Assembly: GCA_963762125.1 (NCBI GenBank)
Contig: CAVXJO010000001.1
Location: 72,610 to 136,609, forward strand
DNA length: 64,000 nucleotides
From: an uncultured Thermoleophilia bacterium
GTDB lineage: Bacteria > Actinomycetota > Thermoleophilia > UBA2241
Reading direction: 5' to 3'
Made by a program: the position numbers and the translations under genes. Numbering within the stretch: the stretch's first letter is position 1; each line of letters starts with the position of its first letter. The notes beneath the pieces are model-generated. The model had not been told where the DNA came from. It was given only the letters and a program-made list of their open reading frames with translations, and did no database searches. This document shows positions 29,079 through 38,595 of the stretch, one piece after another.

Positions 29079-30619
29079 CCGTCGCTCGCGGCCGCGTCAT
29101 CATGCTGCAGGGCACGGCCTCGCATGCCGGCAAGACCGTGCTGGCCGCGGCGCTGTGCCGCATCTACGCGCGCCGCGGCCTGCGCGTGGCGCCGTTCAAG
29201 GCGCAGAACCTGGCGCTCAACTCGTACGTGACGGAGGACGGCGGCGAGATGGGGCGCGCCCAGGTGTATCAGGCGCGCGCGGCCGGCCTCGAGCCGCAGG
29301 TGGACATGAACCCGGTGCTGCTCAAGCCCAGCTCCGACGCGACCAGCCAGGTCGTCGTCATGGGCAGGCCGGTCGGGCACATGACGGTGCCCGAGTATCA
29401 GGCCTATCAGGCGGAAGTCTGGCCCACCGTCACGGCAGCCTTCGAACGCCTGCGGACGTCACGCGACCTCATCGTCCTCGAGGGCGCCGGCAGCTCGGCG
29501 GAGGTGAACCTCCGGGGGCGGGACATCGTCAACATGCGCATGGCGCTGCACGCCCGATCACCGGTCCTTCTGGTCGGGGACATCGACCGCGGAGGTGTCT
29601 TCGCCAGCCTCCTCGGCCATGTGGAGCTGTTCACGCCCGAGGAGCGCGGGCTGGTGGCGGGGTTCGTCATCAACAAGATGCGCGGCGATGCGAGCCAGCT
29701 GGACTCCGGCATCGAGATCCTCGCCGAGCGCACCGGGGTCCCGACGCTCGGCGTCGTGCCCATGCTCGAGGGATGGAGCGGCGACGAAGAGGACTCGGTC
29801 GCGCTCGACGGCTGGCAGCGCCGGGAGAAGCAGGACGCGCCGCTGCGGATCGCCGTCGTCCGCCTGCCGTACCTCAGCAACTCGACCGACACGGACGCGC
29901 TGGCCGCGGAGCCGGATGTGGACGTGCGCTTCGTGAGCTCGCCCGACGAGCTCGCGGGGGCTGCGGCGATCGTGGTGCCCGGCACCAAGAGCACGATCGC
30001 CGACCTCGCCTGGCTGCGGCAACGCGGCCTTGACGACGCGGTGAAGGCGGCGGCCGCGGCCGGGACGCCGGTCGTCGGCATCTGCGGCGGCTACCAGATG
30101 CTCGGCCGCCGCATCGTCGATCCCGGGCACATCGAGTCCGCCGCCCTCGCCGTCGACGGCCTCGGCCTGCTCGACGTGGAGACGACCTTCGCCGCAGGCA
30201 AGCGGACGGTCCGCACCGAGGGTGAGCTGATCGGCCGGGACGCCGGACCGCTCGCCCCCGGCGCGCGCGTCTCCAGCGGCGGCCTTCTCGGCTCGCCCGG
30301 GACGCAGGTGCGCGGCTACGAGATCCACATGGGACGCACCGAGCTCGGGCCCGGCGCCGCGCCGCTGCTGCGACTGCACGGCGCCGGTGAGAGCGAGCAC
30401 CTCGACGGCGCCGTCGCCGGCGCCGTCTGTGGCACCTACGTGCACGGGCTCTTCGACCATGCGGATCTGCGCACCGCGTTCCTGAACGGCTTGCGCGCGG
30501 CGCGCGGCCTGGCTCCCCGCCCGGCCTCGGTCCCGCAGGGCGACGACATCGACCGCCTCGCAGACCACGTCGAGGCGCACCTCGACACAGCCGCGCTCGA
30601 CGCCGTCATCTGGGCCTGA
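29075..30619 (+). CDS. cobQ: cobyric acid synthase
   Basis: N-terminal CobQ/DTB-synthetase-like ATPase (IMLQGTASHAGKT) and C-terminal GATase1 domain (GICGGYQMLG, HGLF). ATGA overlap with cobD. Confidence 0.9.
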   Translation: MTVARGRVIMLQGTASHAGKTVLAAALCRIYARRGLRVAPFKAQNLALNSYVTEDGGEMGRAQVYQARAAGLEPQVDMNPVLLKPSSDATSQVVVMGRPVGHMTVPEYQAYQAEVWPTVTAAFERLRTSRDLIVLEGAGSSAEVNLRGRDIVNMRMALHARSPVLLVGDIDRGGVFASLLGHVELFTPEERGLVAGFVINKMRGDASQLDSGIEILAERTGVPTLGVVPMLEGWSGDEEDSVALDGWQRREKQDAPLRIAVVRLPYLSNSTDTDALAAEPDVDVRFVSSPDELAGAAAIVVPGTKSTIADLAWLRQRGLDDAVKAAAAAGTPVVGICGGYQMLGRRIVDPGHIESAALAVDGLGLLDVETTFAAGKRTVRTEGELIGRDAGPLAPGARVSSGGLLGSPGTQVRGYEIHMGRTELGPGAAPLLRLHGAGESEHLDGAVAGAVCGTYVHGLFDHADLRTAFLNGLRAARGLAPRPASVPQGDDIDRLADHVEAHLDTAALDAVIWA

Positions 30620-30757
30620 GCGTCCGGCCACCCGAAAGGGCTCGCCGACGGCCGGGGGGATGTACCGTGGCGCCGGGATTCGGCCGCCGCGTGGCCGGGC
30701 ACCGTCAAGAGCGTCGGCGGACGGTCCGCCGCAACGGCCCCAGGCGAGGTGATCATC

Positions 30758-31027
30758 GTGTGCAGGAACATCAAGACCCTGTACAACTTCGAGCCGCCCG
30801 CGACCGACACGGAGATCCGGGCGGCCGCCATGCAGTACGTGAGGAAGATCAGCGGCTTCACGAGTCCCTCGGCCGCGAACCGCGAGGCGTTCGACCGGGC
30901 GGTTGACCAGGTGGCACGGACATCAGCCGTGCTCCTCGAGGAACTGGTCACCACGGCGGCGCCGAAGGACCGCGAGATCGAGGCGGAGAGGGCGCACGCG
31001 CGCGCGGTCCGCAGGTTCGGGGCATGA
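30758..31027 (+). CDS. DUF2277 family protein
   Basis: The CRNIKTLYNFEPPATDTEIRAAAMQYVRKISGF N-terminus is typical of DUF2277. GTG start after a GAGGTGA RBS. Confidence 0.6.
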   Translation: MCRNIKTLYNFEPPATDTEIRAAAMQYVRKISGFTSPSAANREAFDRAVDQVARTSAVLLEELVTTAAPKDREIEAERAHARAVRRFGA

Positions 31028-31034
31028 TCCTGCG

Positions 31035-31913
31035 ATGAGGGTCCATCTCGTCGACGGGACCTACGAGCTCTTTCGCAGCCACTTCGGCGCGCCGCCGAGA
31101 CGGGACGCCGAGGGTCGCGAGGTCGGCGCTGCGGTCGGCCTGCTGCACAGTCTGTGGCTGCTGCTCTCGACTCCGGGGGTGACGCACGTCGCCTGCGCCT
31201 TCGACCACGTCATCGAGTCCTTTCGCAACGAGCTGTACGCCGGCTACAAGACGAGCGCCGGCGTGGATCCCGACCTGCTGGCCCAGTTCGAGCTCGCCGA
31301 GCGGGCGGCGCGGGCTCTCGGCGTGGTGGTCTGGCCGATGGTGGAGTTCGAGGCCGACGACGCCATGGCTGCCGCGGCGGCCCGCTTCCGCGACGCGCAA
31401 GGCGTCGACCAGGTAGTGCTCTGTTCGCCGGACAAGGACCTCGCCCAGGCCGTCGTCGGCGAGCGCGTCGTCTGCTGGGATCGCCGCCGGGACCTGGTTC
31501 TGGACGCGCCCGGCGTGATCGGCAAGTTCGGCGTTGCGCCGGCCTCGATCCCCGACTGGCTGGCGTTGGTCGGCGACTCTGCGGACGGCTTCCCGGGGAT
31601 CCCGGGCTGGGGAGCGAAGTCGGCTGCCGCGGTGCTGGCCCGGTTCGGGCACATCGACGCCATCCCGGACGATCCGGCGGAGCTCGGTCTTCCGGCGGCT
31701 CGCGCGGCCCGCCTCGTGGAGAGCCTGCGGGCGGGCCGCGCGGACGCTCGTCTGTTCCTTCGCCTCGCGACCTTACGTCTGGATGTGCCCCTGGACGAGG
31801 ACGTCGCCGACCTCGAGTGGCGCGGCGTGAGGCCCGGCTTCGCCGAGCTTTGTGCCGAGCTCGGCGACGACGGTCTGGCACGACGAGTCGAGGAGGCGGG
31901 CCGGCTTCGCTGA
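31035..31913 (+). CDS. 5'-3' exonuclease (FEN/Pol I 5'-nuclease-like PIN domain + H3TH)
   Basis: MRVHLVDGTYELFR start, acidic metal-site residues (EADD, DKDL), and a helix-hairpin-helix region (GIPGWGAKSAAAVL). Confidence 0.8.
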   Translation: MRVHLVDGTYELFRSHFGAPPRRDAEGREVGAAVGLLHSLWLLLSTPGVTHVACAFDHVIESFRNELYAGYKTSAGVDPDLLAQFELAERAARALGVVVWPMVEFEADDAMAAAAARFRDAQGVDQVVLCSPDKDLAQAVVGERVVCWDRRRDLVLDAPGVIGKFGVAPASIPDWLALVGDSADGFPGIPGWGAKSAAAVLARFGHIDAIPDDPAELGLPAARAARLVESLRAGRADARLFLRLATLRLDVPLDEDVADLEWRGVRPGFAELCAELGDDGLARRVEEAGRLR

Positions 31914-32113
31914 CGGGCTGCCGGCCGGCGCCTGCCGCGGTTCGCGGAACGCTACCTCGGGGACCATGCCGGTGACAGCTCATGTTGCGACGATCTGGAG
32001 GTCCCCATGCCCCCCTTGGATGACGAACTGGGCGCCCGGGCGACCACGGCCCGCGCGGAGCCGGGGCGCCTGACTGAGTACGGCCACTTCAGCTCGCCTT
32101 GGGCGGTGACGGC

Positions 32114-32734
32114 ATGAAGCTGACCGTCACCACATTCGTGAGCCTGGACGGCGTGATGCAGGGTCCGGGCGGCCCGGACGAGGACCGCAGCGGCGGCTTC
32201 GACCGCGGCGGCTGGCTCGTGCCCTTCGCCGACGCCGACATGGGGGACGCGGTCACGCGCTGGTTCTCCGCCGCCGACGCGTTCTTGCTGGGGCGGCGCA
32301 CCTACGAGATCTTCGCCGCCTACTGGCCGCTGGTCACCGACCCGCAGGATCCGGTGGCCTCGCGTCTCAACGGCCTTCCCAAGTACGTGGCGACGAAGAC
32401 GCTGCGGAAGGCTGACTGGGACGGCACGACCTTGCTCAGCGGCGACGTCGTGGAGGAGGTGCGGCGTCTCAAGGAGCAGCCCGGCCGGGAACTTCAGGTC
32501 CACGGCAGCGGCGACCTGCTGCAGACGCTGATGGCGCACGACCTGATCGACGAGCACCGTCTGTTCGTGTACCCGGTGCTCGTCGGCGCCGGCAGACGCC
32601 TCTTCCGCGACGGTTCCGCCGCCAAGACGTTCGAGCTGACGGAATCCCGGATGACGCCGGCCGGCGTCGCGATCCTCGCCTACGCGCCGGCCGGGCCGCT
32701 CGTGGCCGGCAGCTTCGAGCTGCCGGCGCCCTGA
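32114..32734 (+). CDS. dihydrofolate reductase family protein (RibD C-terminal domain)
   Basis: MKLTVTTFVSLDGVMQGPGGP...LLGRRTYE...LQVHGSGDLLQTL pattern of the RibD_C/DHFR-like family. Confidence 0.75.
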   Translation: MKLTVTTFVSLDGVMQGPGGPDEDRSGGFDRGGWLVPFADADMGDAVTRWFSAADAFLLGRRTYEIFAAYWPLVTDPQDPVASRLNGLPKYVATKTLRKADWDGTTLLSGDVVEEVRRLKEQPGRELQVHGSGDLLQTLMAHDLIDEHRLFVYPVLVGAGRRLFRDGSAAKTFELTESRMTPAGVAILAYAPAGPLVAGSFELPAP

Positions 32735-33298
32735 GCGGCCACCGGTCCACCTCCGCTTGCGCGGTTCGTGCGTCACGGCGAGGATTCGGGCGTGAGCCGA
32801 GGACGTGAAGAACATCGCGCGGCGAGCGAGGCCCGCAAGGCCGAGAGACGTGCCGCGAAGGCGGACAGGAAGCGCGACACTGCGGCGGCGAACCTGTCCC
32901 TGCTGGCCGCGGGCGAGCCGTCTTCGCCGAAGGCCCGCGGCTTCGTCACCTGCCCCTGCCCCAAGGACTGTGCTCCACGGCGAGTGCCTGCCGTGCGCCG
33001 CCTTCCACGCCGGCCGCCGCGAGGAGCCACACTGTCGGCGATGAAGGCGAGGGCCCACGTCCTGTCGGCGCTGCGAGTCGCCGCGGCGAGCCGGCACTCG
33101 GCGCCCTCCACGCGAAGCCGTCTGGGCCGTCGGGTCGCCGCGGCTCTCCTCCTCAGCACGCGAAGCGCGTGCCATCCTTGCGGCGGCGCGTGCGCACCGC
33201 GTTGCGGCCCGACTGCGCGGCCGTTGAGCCGCCCCAGCTCTCCACCCACGCGCCGTCAAGTGCTGCTAGTCTTCTGCGGCCACGACAGGAGGGCAGAC

Positions 33299-33910
33299 GT
33301 GAAGTACCTCGCCGATCTCTTCGCGCGCAATCAGGCCTGGGCCGCCGAGCGTGTCGCCGCCGACCCCGGCTACTTCTCACGGCTGGCTCACATCCAGCGT
33401 CCGGACCTGCTCTGGATCGGCTGCTCCGACAGCCGGGTCCCGGCCAACCAGATCGTCGGTCTGGAGCCCGGCGAGCTCTTCGTCCACCGCAACGTCGCCA
33501 ACGTCGTGCCGGTGACCGACCTCAACGCCATGGGCGTGATCGAGTACGCCGTGTCCTCACTCGGCGTGCGCCACATCATCGTCTGCGGCCACTACCACTG
33601 CGGCGGGGTCCGCGCCGCGCTTGAGGGCCACCAGGCCGGCGCGGTGGCCCTGTGGCTGCAGCCCCTTCGGAACCTTGCGGACGCGCACCGAGAGGATCTT
33701 GACGCGCAGCCGTCCGACGAGGCGCGCTGGGACCGTCTCTGCGAGCTCAACGTCGCCGCGCAGGTGCAGGCGGTCGCGACCTCGGAGATCGTCCAGACCG
33801 CCTGGGAGCGCGGCGCGGAGCTCGCCGTCCACGGCTGGATCTACGATCTCGATGACGGTCTGCTGCGCGACCTCGAGGTCACCGTGGGCGGCGCTCCGCC
33901 GGGCCGCTGA
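33299..33910 (+). CDS. beta-class carbonic anhydrase
   Basis: Zinc ligands CSDSRV and HYHCGGV. ~203 aa. GTG start 6 nt after an AGGAGG RBS. The in-frame upstream extension (32768-) is Arg-rich low-complexity and was rejected. Confidence 0.85.
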   Translation: MKYLADLFARNQAWAAERVAADPGYFSRLAHIQRPDLLWIGCSDSRVPANQIVGLEPGELFVHRNVANVVPVTDLNAMGVIEYAVSSLGVRHIIVCGHYHCGGVRAALEGHQAGAVALWLQPLRNLADAHREDLDAQPSDEARWDRLCELNVAAQVQAVATSEIVQTAWERGAELAVHGWIYDLDDGLLRDLEVTVGGAPPGR

Positions 33911-34002
33911 TGGCTGCCGAGCGCCTCGGCCGGCGGGACGTGGCACGGCGGCCGTGGGCCGCCGGGGCTTGTCCGCGCCGCGTGAGTGGGTAGGCTGCCG
34001 CT

Positions 34003-34875
34003 ATGAAGAAGTCCGACCGCAACGCTGTCATCGCCGTCTTCGTCGTCGTGCTCATCGCCGCCCTGGTGGCTCTGGCCGGCAGCCAGGGCGGCTCAACGGT
34101 CGGCGGCTTCCCGGTCTTCGCGTTCTGCGTCATCGTCGTGTTCGCGATCCAGTGGCTCGCGTTCGTACCGGCGTACCTTCTGCAGACCGAGCGCTTCTTC
34201 GACCTGGTCGGCAGCCTCACGTACGTCGCAGTCGCGATCCTCGCCGTGGTGCTGTCGGGTGAGGTAGACACACGCTCGCTCCTGCTGCTGGCGATGGTCG
34301 TCGTCTGGGCGGTGCGTCTGGGATCGTACCTCGTCCTGCGCATCCGCAAGGCGGGCGCCGACTCGCGCTTCGACGCGATCAAGCCGTCGTTCCCGCGCTT
34401 CCTGAGCACATGGACCCTGCAGGGGCTTTGGGTGACGCTGACGCTCGCTGCCGCGCTCGCCGCGATCGCGACGACGGAGCGCGTGAGCATCGGCACGGTC
34501 ACCGCCATTGGCATCGTCGTCTGGGTCGTGGGCATCGGCCTCGAGGCCACGGCCGATGCCCAGAAGAGCCGCTTCCGGGCCGATCCCGCCAACAAGGGGC
34601 GCTTCATCCAGGGCGGGCTGTGGTCGTGGTCGCGCCATCCGAACTACTTCGGCGAGATCGTGCTCTGGGTCGGCGTCGCGATCGTGGCGCTGCCGGCGCT
34701 GCGCGGTTGGCAGTGGGTGACGCTCATCTCACCCGTGTTCGTGTTCCTGCTGCTGACGCGCGTCAGCGGCGTGCCCCTGCTCGAGCGGAGCGCCGACGAG
34801 CGTTGGGGAGGCGAGCCGGAGTACGAGACGTACAAGGCGAGGACGTCGGTCCTTACCCCGCGCCCGCCCCGCTAG
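34003..34875 (+). CDS. DUF1295 domain membrane protein (steroid 5-alpha reductase / ICMT-like fold)
   Basis: Multi-TM protein with C-terminal GLWSWSRHPNYFGEIVLWVG, typical of DUF1295. Confidence 0.7.
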   Translation: MKKSDRNAVIAVFVVVLIAALVALAGSQGGSTVGGFPVFAFCVIVVFAIQWLAFVPAYLLQTERFFDLVGSLTYVAVAILAVVLSGEVDTRSLLLLAMVVVWAVRLGSYLVLRIRKAGADSRFDAIKPSFPRFLSTWTLQGLWVTLTLAAALAAIATTERVSIGTVTAIGIVVWVVGIGLEATADAQKSRFRADPANKGRFIQGGLWSWSRHPNYFGEIVLWVGVAIVALPALRGWQWVTLISPVFVFLLLTRVSGVPLLERSADERWGGEPEYETYKARTSVLTPRPPR

Positions 34876-34903
34876 CCTTGCCGGAGGGTGGTCCTCGCAG
34901 ACT

Positions 34904-35752
34904 ATGATGACGGGCGGGACCGGGTCCGCCGTGCGGAGCAGTGGGAGGGACCTGCTGAGCGACTTCTCATCGATAGCGCGCATCTATCGCCAGACGGCGA
35001 CGGCCCAGAAGTCCGCCGCGGAGCGGTTGTTCTGGATGCTGGGCATCGGGCGGACGGACGACGTCCTGGATCTCGGCTGCGGCACAGGGCATCTCTCCCA
35101 GGAGATCCGCCTGCTCACCGACGGCCGCGTCGTGGGCGTGGATCTGTCGCCGGAGATGATCGCCCTGGCGCGCGAGGCCACGCCGGACACCATCGAGTTC
35201 GTCACCGGCGATGCGGAGGCGCTCGGCATGACCGAGGAGTTTGACGCGATCCTCTGCAATTCGGCGTTCCAGTGGTTCGCCGACGAGCCGGGGGCGCTTG
35301 CTGGCTGCCACCGGGCGCTGCGGCCCGGCGGGCGCATGGCGATGCAAGCGCCGGCCCGGCAGGACTACTGCCCGACGTTTCTGCACGCGGTCGGCAAGCT
35401 CGCCGGCGACCCGCGGACCAGCGCCACGTGGGCGCGGTTCCGTACGCCCTGGACCTTCTACGAGACGGCCGACGAGTACGGACGGCTCTTCACAGGCGCC
35501 GGCTTCGCCCTCGTCGCGGCGGAGATCGAGGAGCTGAGAGAGCACGCGACGCCGGAGCGGGTCCTCGACATGTTCGAGTCGGGGGCGGCCGCGGGGTACC
35601 TGAACCCGGCCTGCTACGAGGGCGGCTTCGACGAAGCCTACGCCAAGGCAGCTCGCGAGCTCATCCTGCGCGACTTCGAGGCTCAGGCCGGGACGGACGG
35701 GCACATCGACCTACTGTTCCATCGTGTCTACGTGCTCGCGCGCCGGCCCTGA
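34904..35752 (+). CDS. class I SAM-dependent methyltransferase
   Basis: Motif I VLDLGCGTGHLS, post-I VGVDLS, motif II ILCNSAFQW. Confidence 0.75.
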   Translation: MMTGGTGSAVRSSGRDLLSDFSSIARIYRQTATAQKSAAERLFWMLGIGRTDDVLDLGCGTGHLSQEIRLLTDGRVVGVDLSPEMIALAREATPDTIEFVTGDAEALGMTEEFDAILCNSAFQWFADEPGALAGCHRALRPGGRMAMQAPARQDYCPTFLHAVGKLAGDPRTSATWARFRTPWTFYETADEYGRLFTGAGFALVAAEIEELREHATPERVLDMFESGAAAGYLNPACYEGGFDEAYAKAARELILRDFEAQAGTDGHIDLLFHRVYVLARRP

Positions 35753-36452
35753 TGGACGTTACCGGCTGCGTCGTCATCGACAGTGCGTCGTCCGGGATCG
35801 GCGCGTCGTTCGCGCGCCTGGCGGCGCGCGAGGGCGCCCGCCTCGTCCTCGCCGTGCGCCGCGCCGGGCGGCTCGTGGCGCTCGCCGCCGGACTGCCGTG
35901 CGCCTTGGCTGTGACGACGGACCTGCGGGCGCCGACCAGGTCCGCGGTATGGTCGACGCGGCTCTGGACCGCTTCGGCCGCGTCGACGTCCTCGCGAACA
36001 ACGCCGGCCGGGGCCTCCACGTTCCGTTGGAGGAGGTCGTCCTGGACGACCTCCAAGCCGTCGTGGAGCTCAATCTGTACGCGCCGCTGCTCGCCATGCA
36101 GGCAGTGGTGCCGGTGATGCGCGCACAGGGCGGCGGCGCGATCGTCAACGTGAGCTCCGGCACGACGCGCATGATCCTGCCGGGCGTCGGGCCGTACTCC
36201 TCGACGAAGAGTGCGCTCAACCAGCTCTCGGCTACGGCGCGGGCCGAGTGGGCGGCGGACGGTATCGTCGTCTCCGTGGTCTACCCAGGCGTCACGGCGA
36301 CGGAGTTCCACCAGTCACTGCGCGCGGGCTCCTTCGGCGGCGGCAGGATCGAACCTCGCCCGCCCGAGGTCGTCGCGGAGGCCATCCTCGCTGCCATCAG
36401 GACCGGTGAGGCCGAGGTCGTGCCGGGTCGGCCCACGCCCGCGGACCACTGA
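35752..36452 (+). pseudogene. short-chain dehydrogenase/reductase (SDR) with -1 frameshift near 35925
   Basis: N-terminus in one frame (MDVTGCVVIDSASSGIGASFA...LAVRRAGRL...ALAVTTDLR). The remainder sits in ORF 35724..36452 (DQVRGMVDAALDRFGRVDVLANNAG ... SSG ... YSSTK catalytic Y-x3-K ... PG). A single missing base at ~35925 joins them. Confidence 0.6.
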
Positions 36453-36457
36453 CGCCC

Positions 36458-36790
36458 GTGTTCCTCAAGGGCAGTGACGATGGCTATCTGGACGCCACGC
36501 CGGGCATCCGGCGCAAGACCCTCAGCTACGGCGGCGCGACCCTGATGAGCGAGTTCCGTCTGCAGGCGGGTCACCCGCTACCCATCCACGAGCATCCTCA
36601 GGAGCAGACGGGCTACCTGATCAGCGGCCGCCTGCGGCTCACGATCGGAGCGGAGTCGCACGACGTCGCGGCCGGCGACAGCTGGTCGATCCCCGGAGGC
36701 GTCCGCCACGGTGCGGAGGTGCTCGAAGACGCCGTGGCGATCGAGGTCTTCTCGCCGCCACGCGAGGACTACCTGCCCGATCCCACATGA
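36458..36790 (+). CDS. cupin domain protein
   Basis: Cupin motifs HEHPQEQTGYLISG and WSIPGGVRHG. 110 aa. Confidence 0.7.
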   Translation: MFLKGSDDGYLDATPGIRRKTLSYGGATLMSEFRLQAGHPLPIHEHPQEQTGYLISGRLRLTIGAESHDVAAGDSWSIPGGVRHGAEVLEDAVAIEVFSPPREDYLPDPT

Positions 36791-36827
36791 GTGAGCGACG
36801 CTTCACGGTCAGCGAGGAGGCCGCCCT

Positions 36828-37319
36828 TTGAGCCACGAGCCGGAACGGGGCAGAAGCACGCTGCGCGAGGCCGGCCAGGCCGACGTGCCGGAGCTGGTCG
36901 GCCTCATGTCCAGGTTCTACGCGGAATCCGGCTTCGTCCTGGACGAGGAGCGAGCGGCGGCCGGGTTCGAGGCGCTGCTGGCCGACACCCGCCTTGGACG
37001 AGTGTGGCTCATCGATCCCGACCCGCCGGCCGCCGGCTACATCGTGGTGACCTTCGTCTTCGCCATGGAGTACGGCGGCATGGCGGCGACGGTCGACGAC
37101 TTCTTCATACGCCCGGAGACGCGAGGCAAGGGGTTCGGCAAGGCCGCCCTCGCCGAGGTCCGCCGGGTGTGCGCTGGGCTCAGGATGCGCGCGCTGCGGG
37201 TGGAGGTCGGGGTAGACAATCTCGTGGCCCGGGCCGTGTACCGGAGCGCGGGCTTCGAGACCCTGGCCGGCCACGGCGTCATGGCGGCGCCGCTGGCGCC
37301 GCCGACCCATCGGGAGTAA
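36828..37319 (+). CDS. GNAT family N-acetyltransferase
   Basis: Acetyl-CoA site RGKGFGKAAL and C-terminal YRSAGFE. Confidence 0.8.
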   Translation: MSHEPERGRSTLREAGQADVPELVGLMSRFYAESGFVLDEERAAAGFEALLADTRLGRVWLIDPDPPAAGYIVVTFVFAMEYGGMAATVDDFFIRPETRGKGFGKAALAEVRRVCAGLRMRALRVEVGVDNLVARAVYRSAGFETLAGHGVMAAPLAPPTHRE

Positions 37320-37363
37320 CGCGAGAGAGACGGCGGCGGGCCGTCGACCCCCTCGCGCGCCAC

Positions 37364-38146
37364 TCAGCCGGCCCTGCGTCCGTTCGCGGCGATCGCGTCG
37401 CGCACGTACTCGGCCATCCCGGGGCGGATCATCTCGTAGGTCGCGGTGAAGCGAGGGTCTTCCACGTACATCCGCCCGAGCTGCTCGTGCATCTCGTGCG
37501 AGCACGGGTAGAACCACGCGTCGATGAGCAGGCGGTGCCGTTCCACGGCGTCCATCGCCCGCGGGTCGTCCGCCGCCACGCCCTCCCCCATCAGCGTCGC
37601 GATCGCCTCGTTCACCGCATCGCTCTCGACCTTGAACCGCGCCCAGTCTTCCTTTGCGTACCGCCGCGTCCGCCGCGCCGACTCCTTGTATGCCTCCGTG
37701 TCACCCCAGCGCTTCTCCGTCTCCGCCGCGTGTTCCGTCGCGTCGAAGTCGCCGAAGACCTCGAACATGTCACTGCGTTCCATGGGTATTCCTTCCTCTA
37801 TCGCGGCCAGCGTCTTGTCGACGAGGGCGAGCATGGCGTCGATGCGGGCGGACCGGCGCGCGAGCTGCTCGCTTTGCGCGCGCAGAGCCTCGCGCCGGTC
37901 GAAACCGGGTTCGGCGAGCAGGTCGCGGATCTCGCCGAGCCCAAACCCAAGCTCCTTGTGCAACAGCACGGTCTGCAGGCGCTCGAGGTCCTGGGCCGTG
38001 TACAGGCGGTAGCCGGCCTCGCTGCGCCCGGAGGGGTGCAGCAGCCCTATAGCGTCGTAGTGGTGCAGCGTGCGCACGCTCACGTGCGCCAGCTTCGCCA
38101 CGCCGCCGATCCGCAGCGTCTCCTGTTTGGGCTCGTCGGTCATCAC
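37364..38146 (-). CDS. MerR family transcriptional regulator with TipAS-like antibiotic-recognition domain
   Basis: N-terminal MerR HTH (IGGVAKLAHVSVRTLHHYDAIGLL) and coiled-coil. C-terminal TipAS-type domain (EDWARF...IDAWFYPCSHEMH). Confidence 0.85.
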   Translation of the reverse strand: MMTDEPKQETLRIGGVAKLAHVSVRTLHHYDAIGLLHPSGRSEAGYRLYTAQDLERLQTVLLHKELGFGLGEIRDLLAEPGFDRREALRAQSEQLARRSARIDAMLALVDKTLAAIEEGIPMERSDMFEVFGDFDATEHAAETEKRWGDTEAYKESARRTRRYAKEDWARFKVESDAVNEAIATLMGEGVAADDPRAMDAVERHRLLIDAWFYPCSHEMHEQLGRMYVEDPRFTATYEMIRPGMAEYVRDAIAANGRRAG

Positions 38147-38595
38147 TCGTCCTCGCTTCCGAGGATAGACCCTGACGTAAGGTTAGGGTCAAGGCCTGAC
38201 CAGCCGGTGCGACGACGGCGTGCCAGTGCCTCCGGCAATCGTTTCGTCACCGGGCAGGCGGAGACAACCCGAGCAGAGCGGCCAGACGACGATCGCCAGG
38301 CCGCTGACATCCGTGCCGGGAAGATGTCGACCCCGGCGACCGAGAACTTCAATTGTCCCGACAGCGTGCTCGGGCTTCCTGAAGCGGATCCCGCGGCTGC
38401 GTCAGCTGATCCGGGCCAAGGGTGTCCCCGGGCCGTGGTCGAATAGAGTCGAGGCGGCCACGCGCCGCGCGCCGCCTCGATTGGCGGAGGCCGGCGCTGC
38501 ATGCCCGGACGATGCACCCGGATGCTTCTGCACCGATCGAACGACCGCAAGGCAGAAGAGGGTTGGCGACGACGGCTCGAGGAGTACATGACGGC

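Noticed and set aside
32768-33298. 380-aa version of the carbonic anhydrase with long N-terminal extension
   Set aside because: The extension is low-complexity. A strong AGGAGG RBS and GTG sit exactly at the conserved beta-CA N-terminus (33299). It is kept as a finding only as an unexplained gap.
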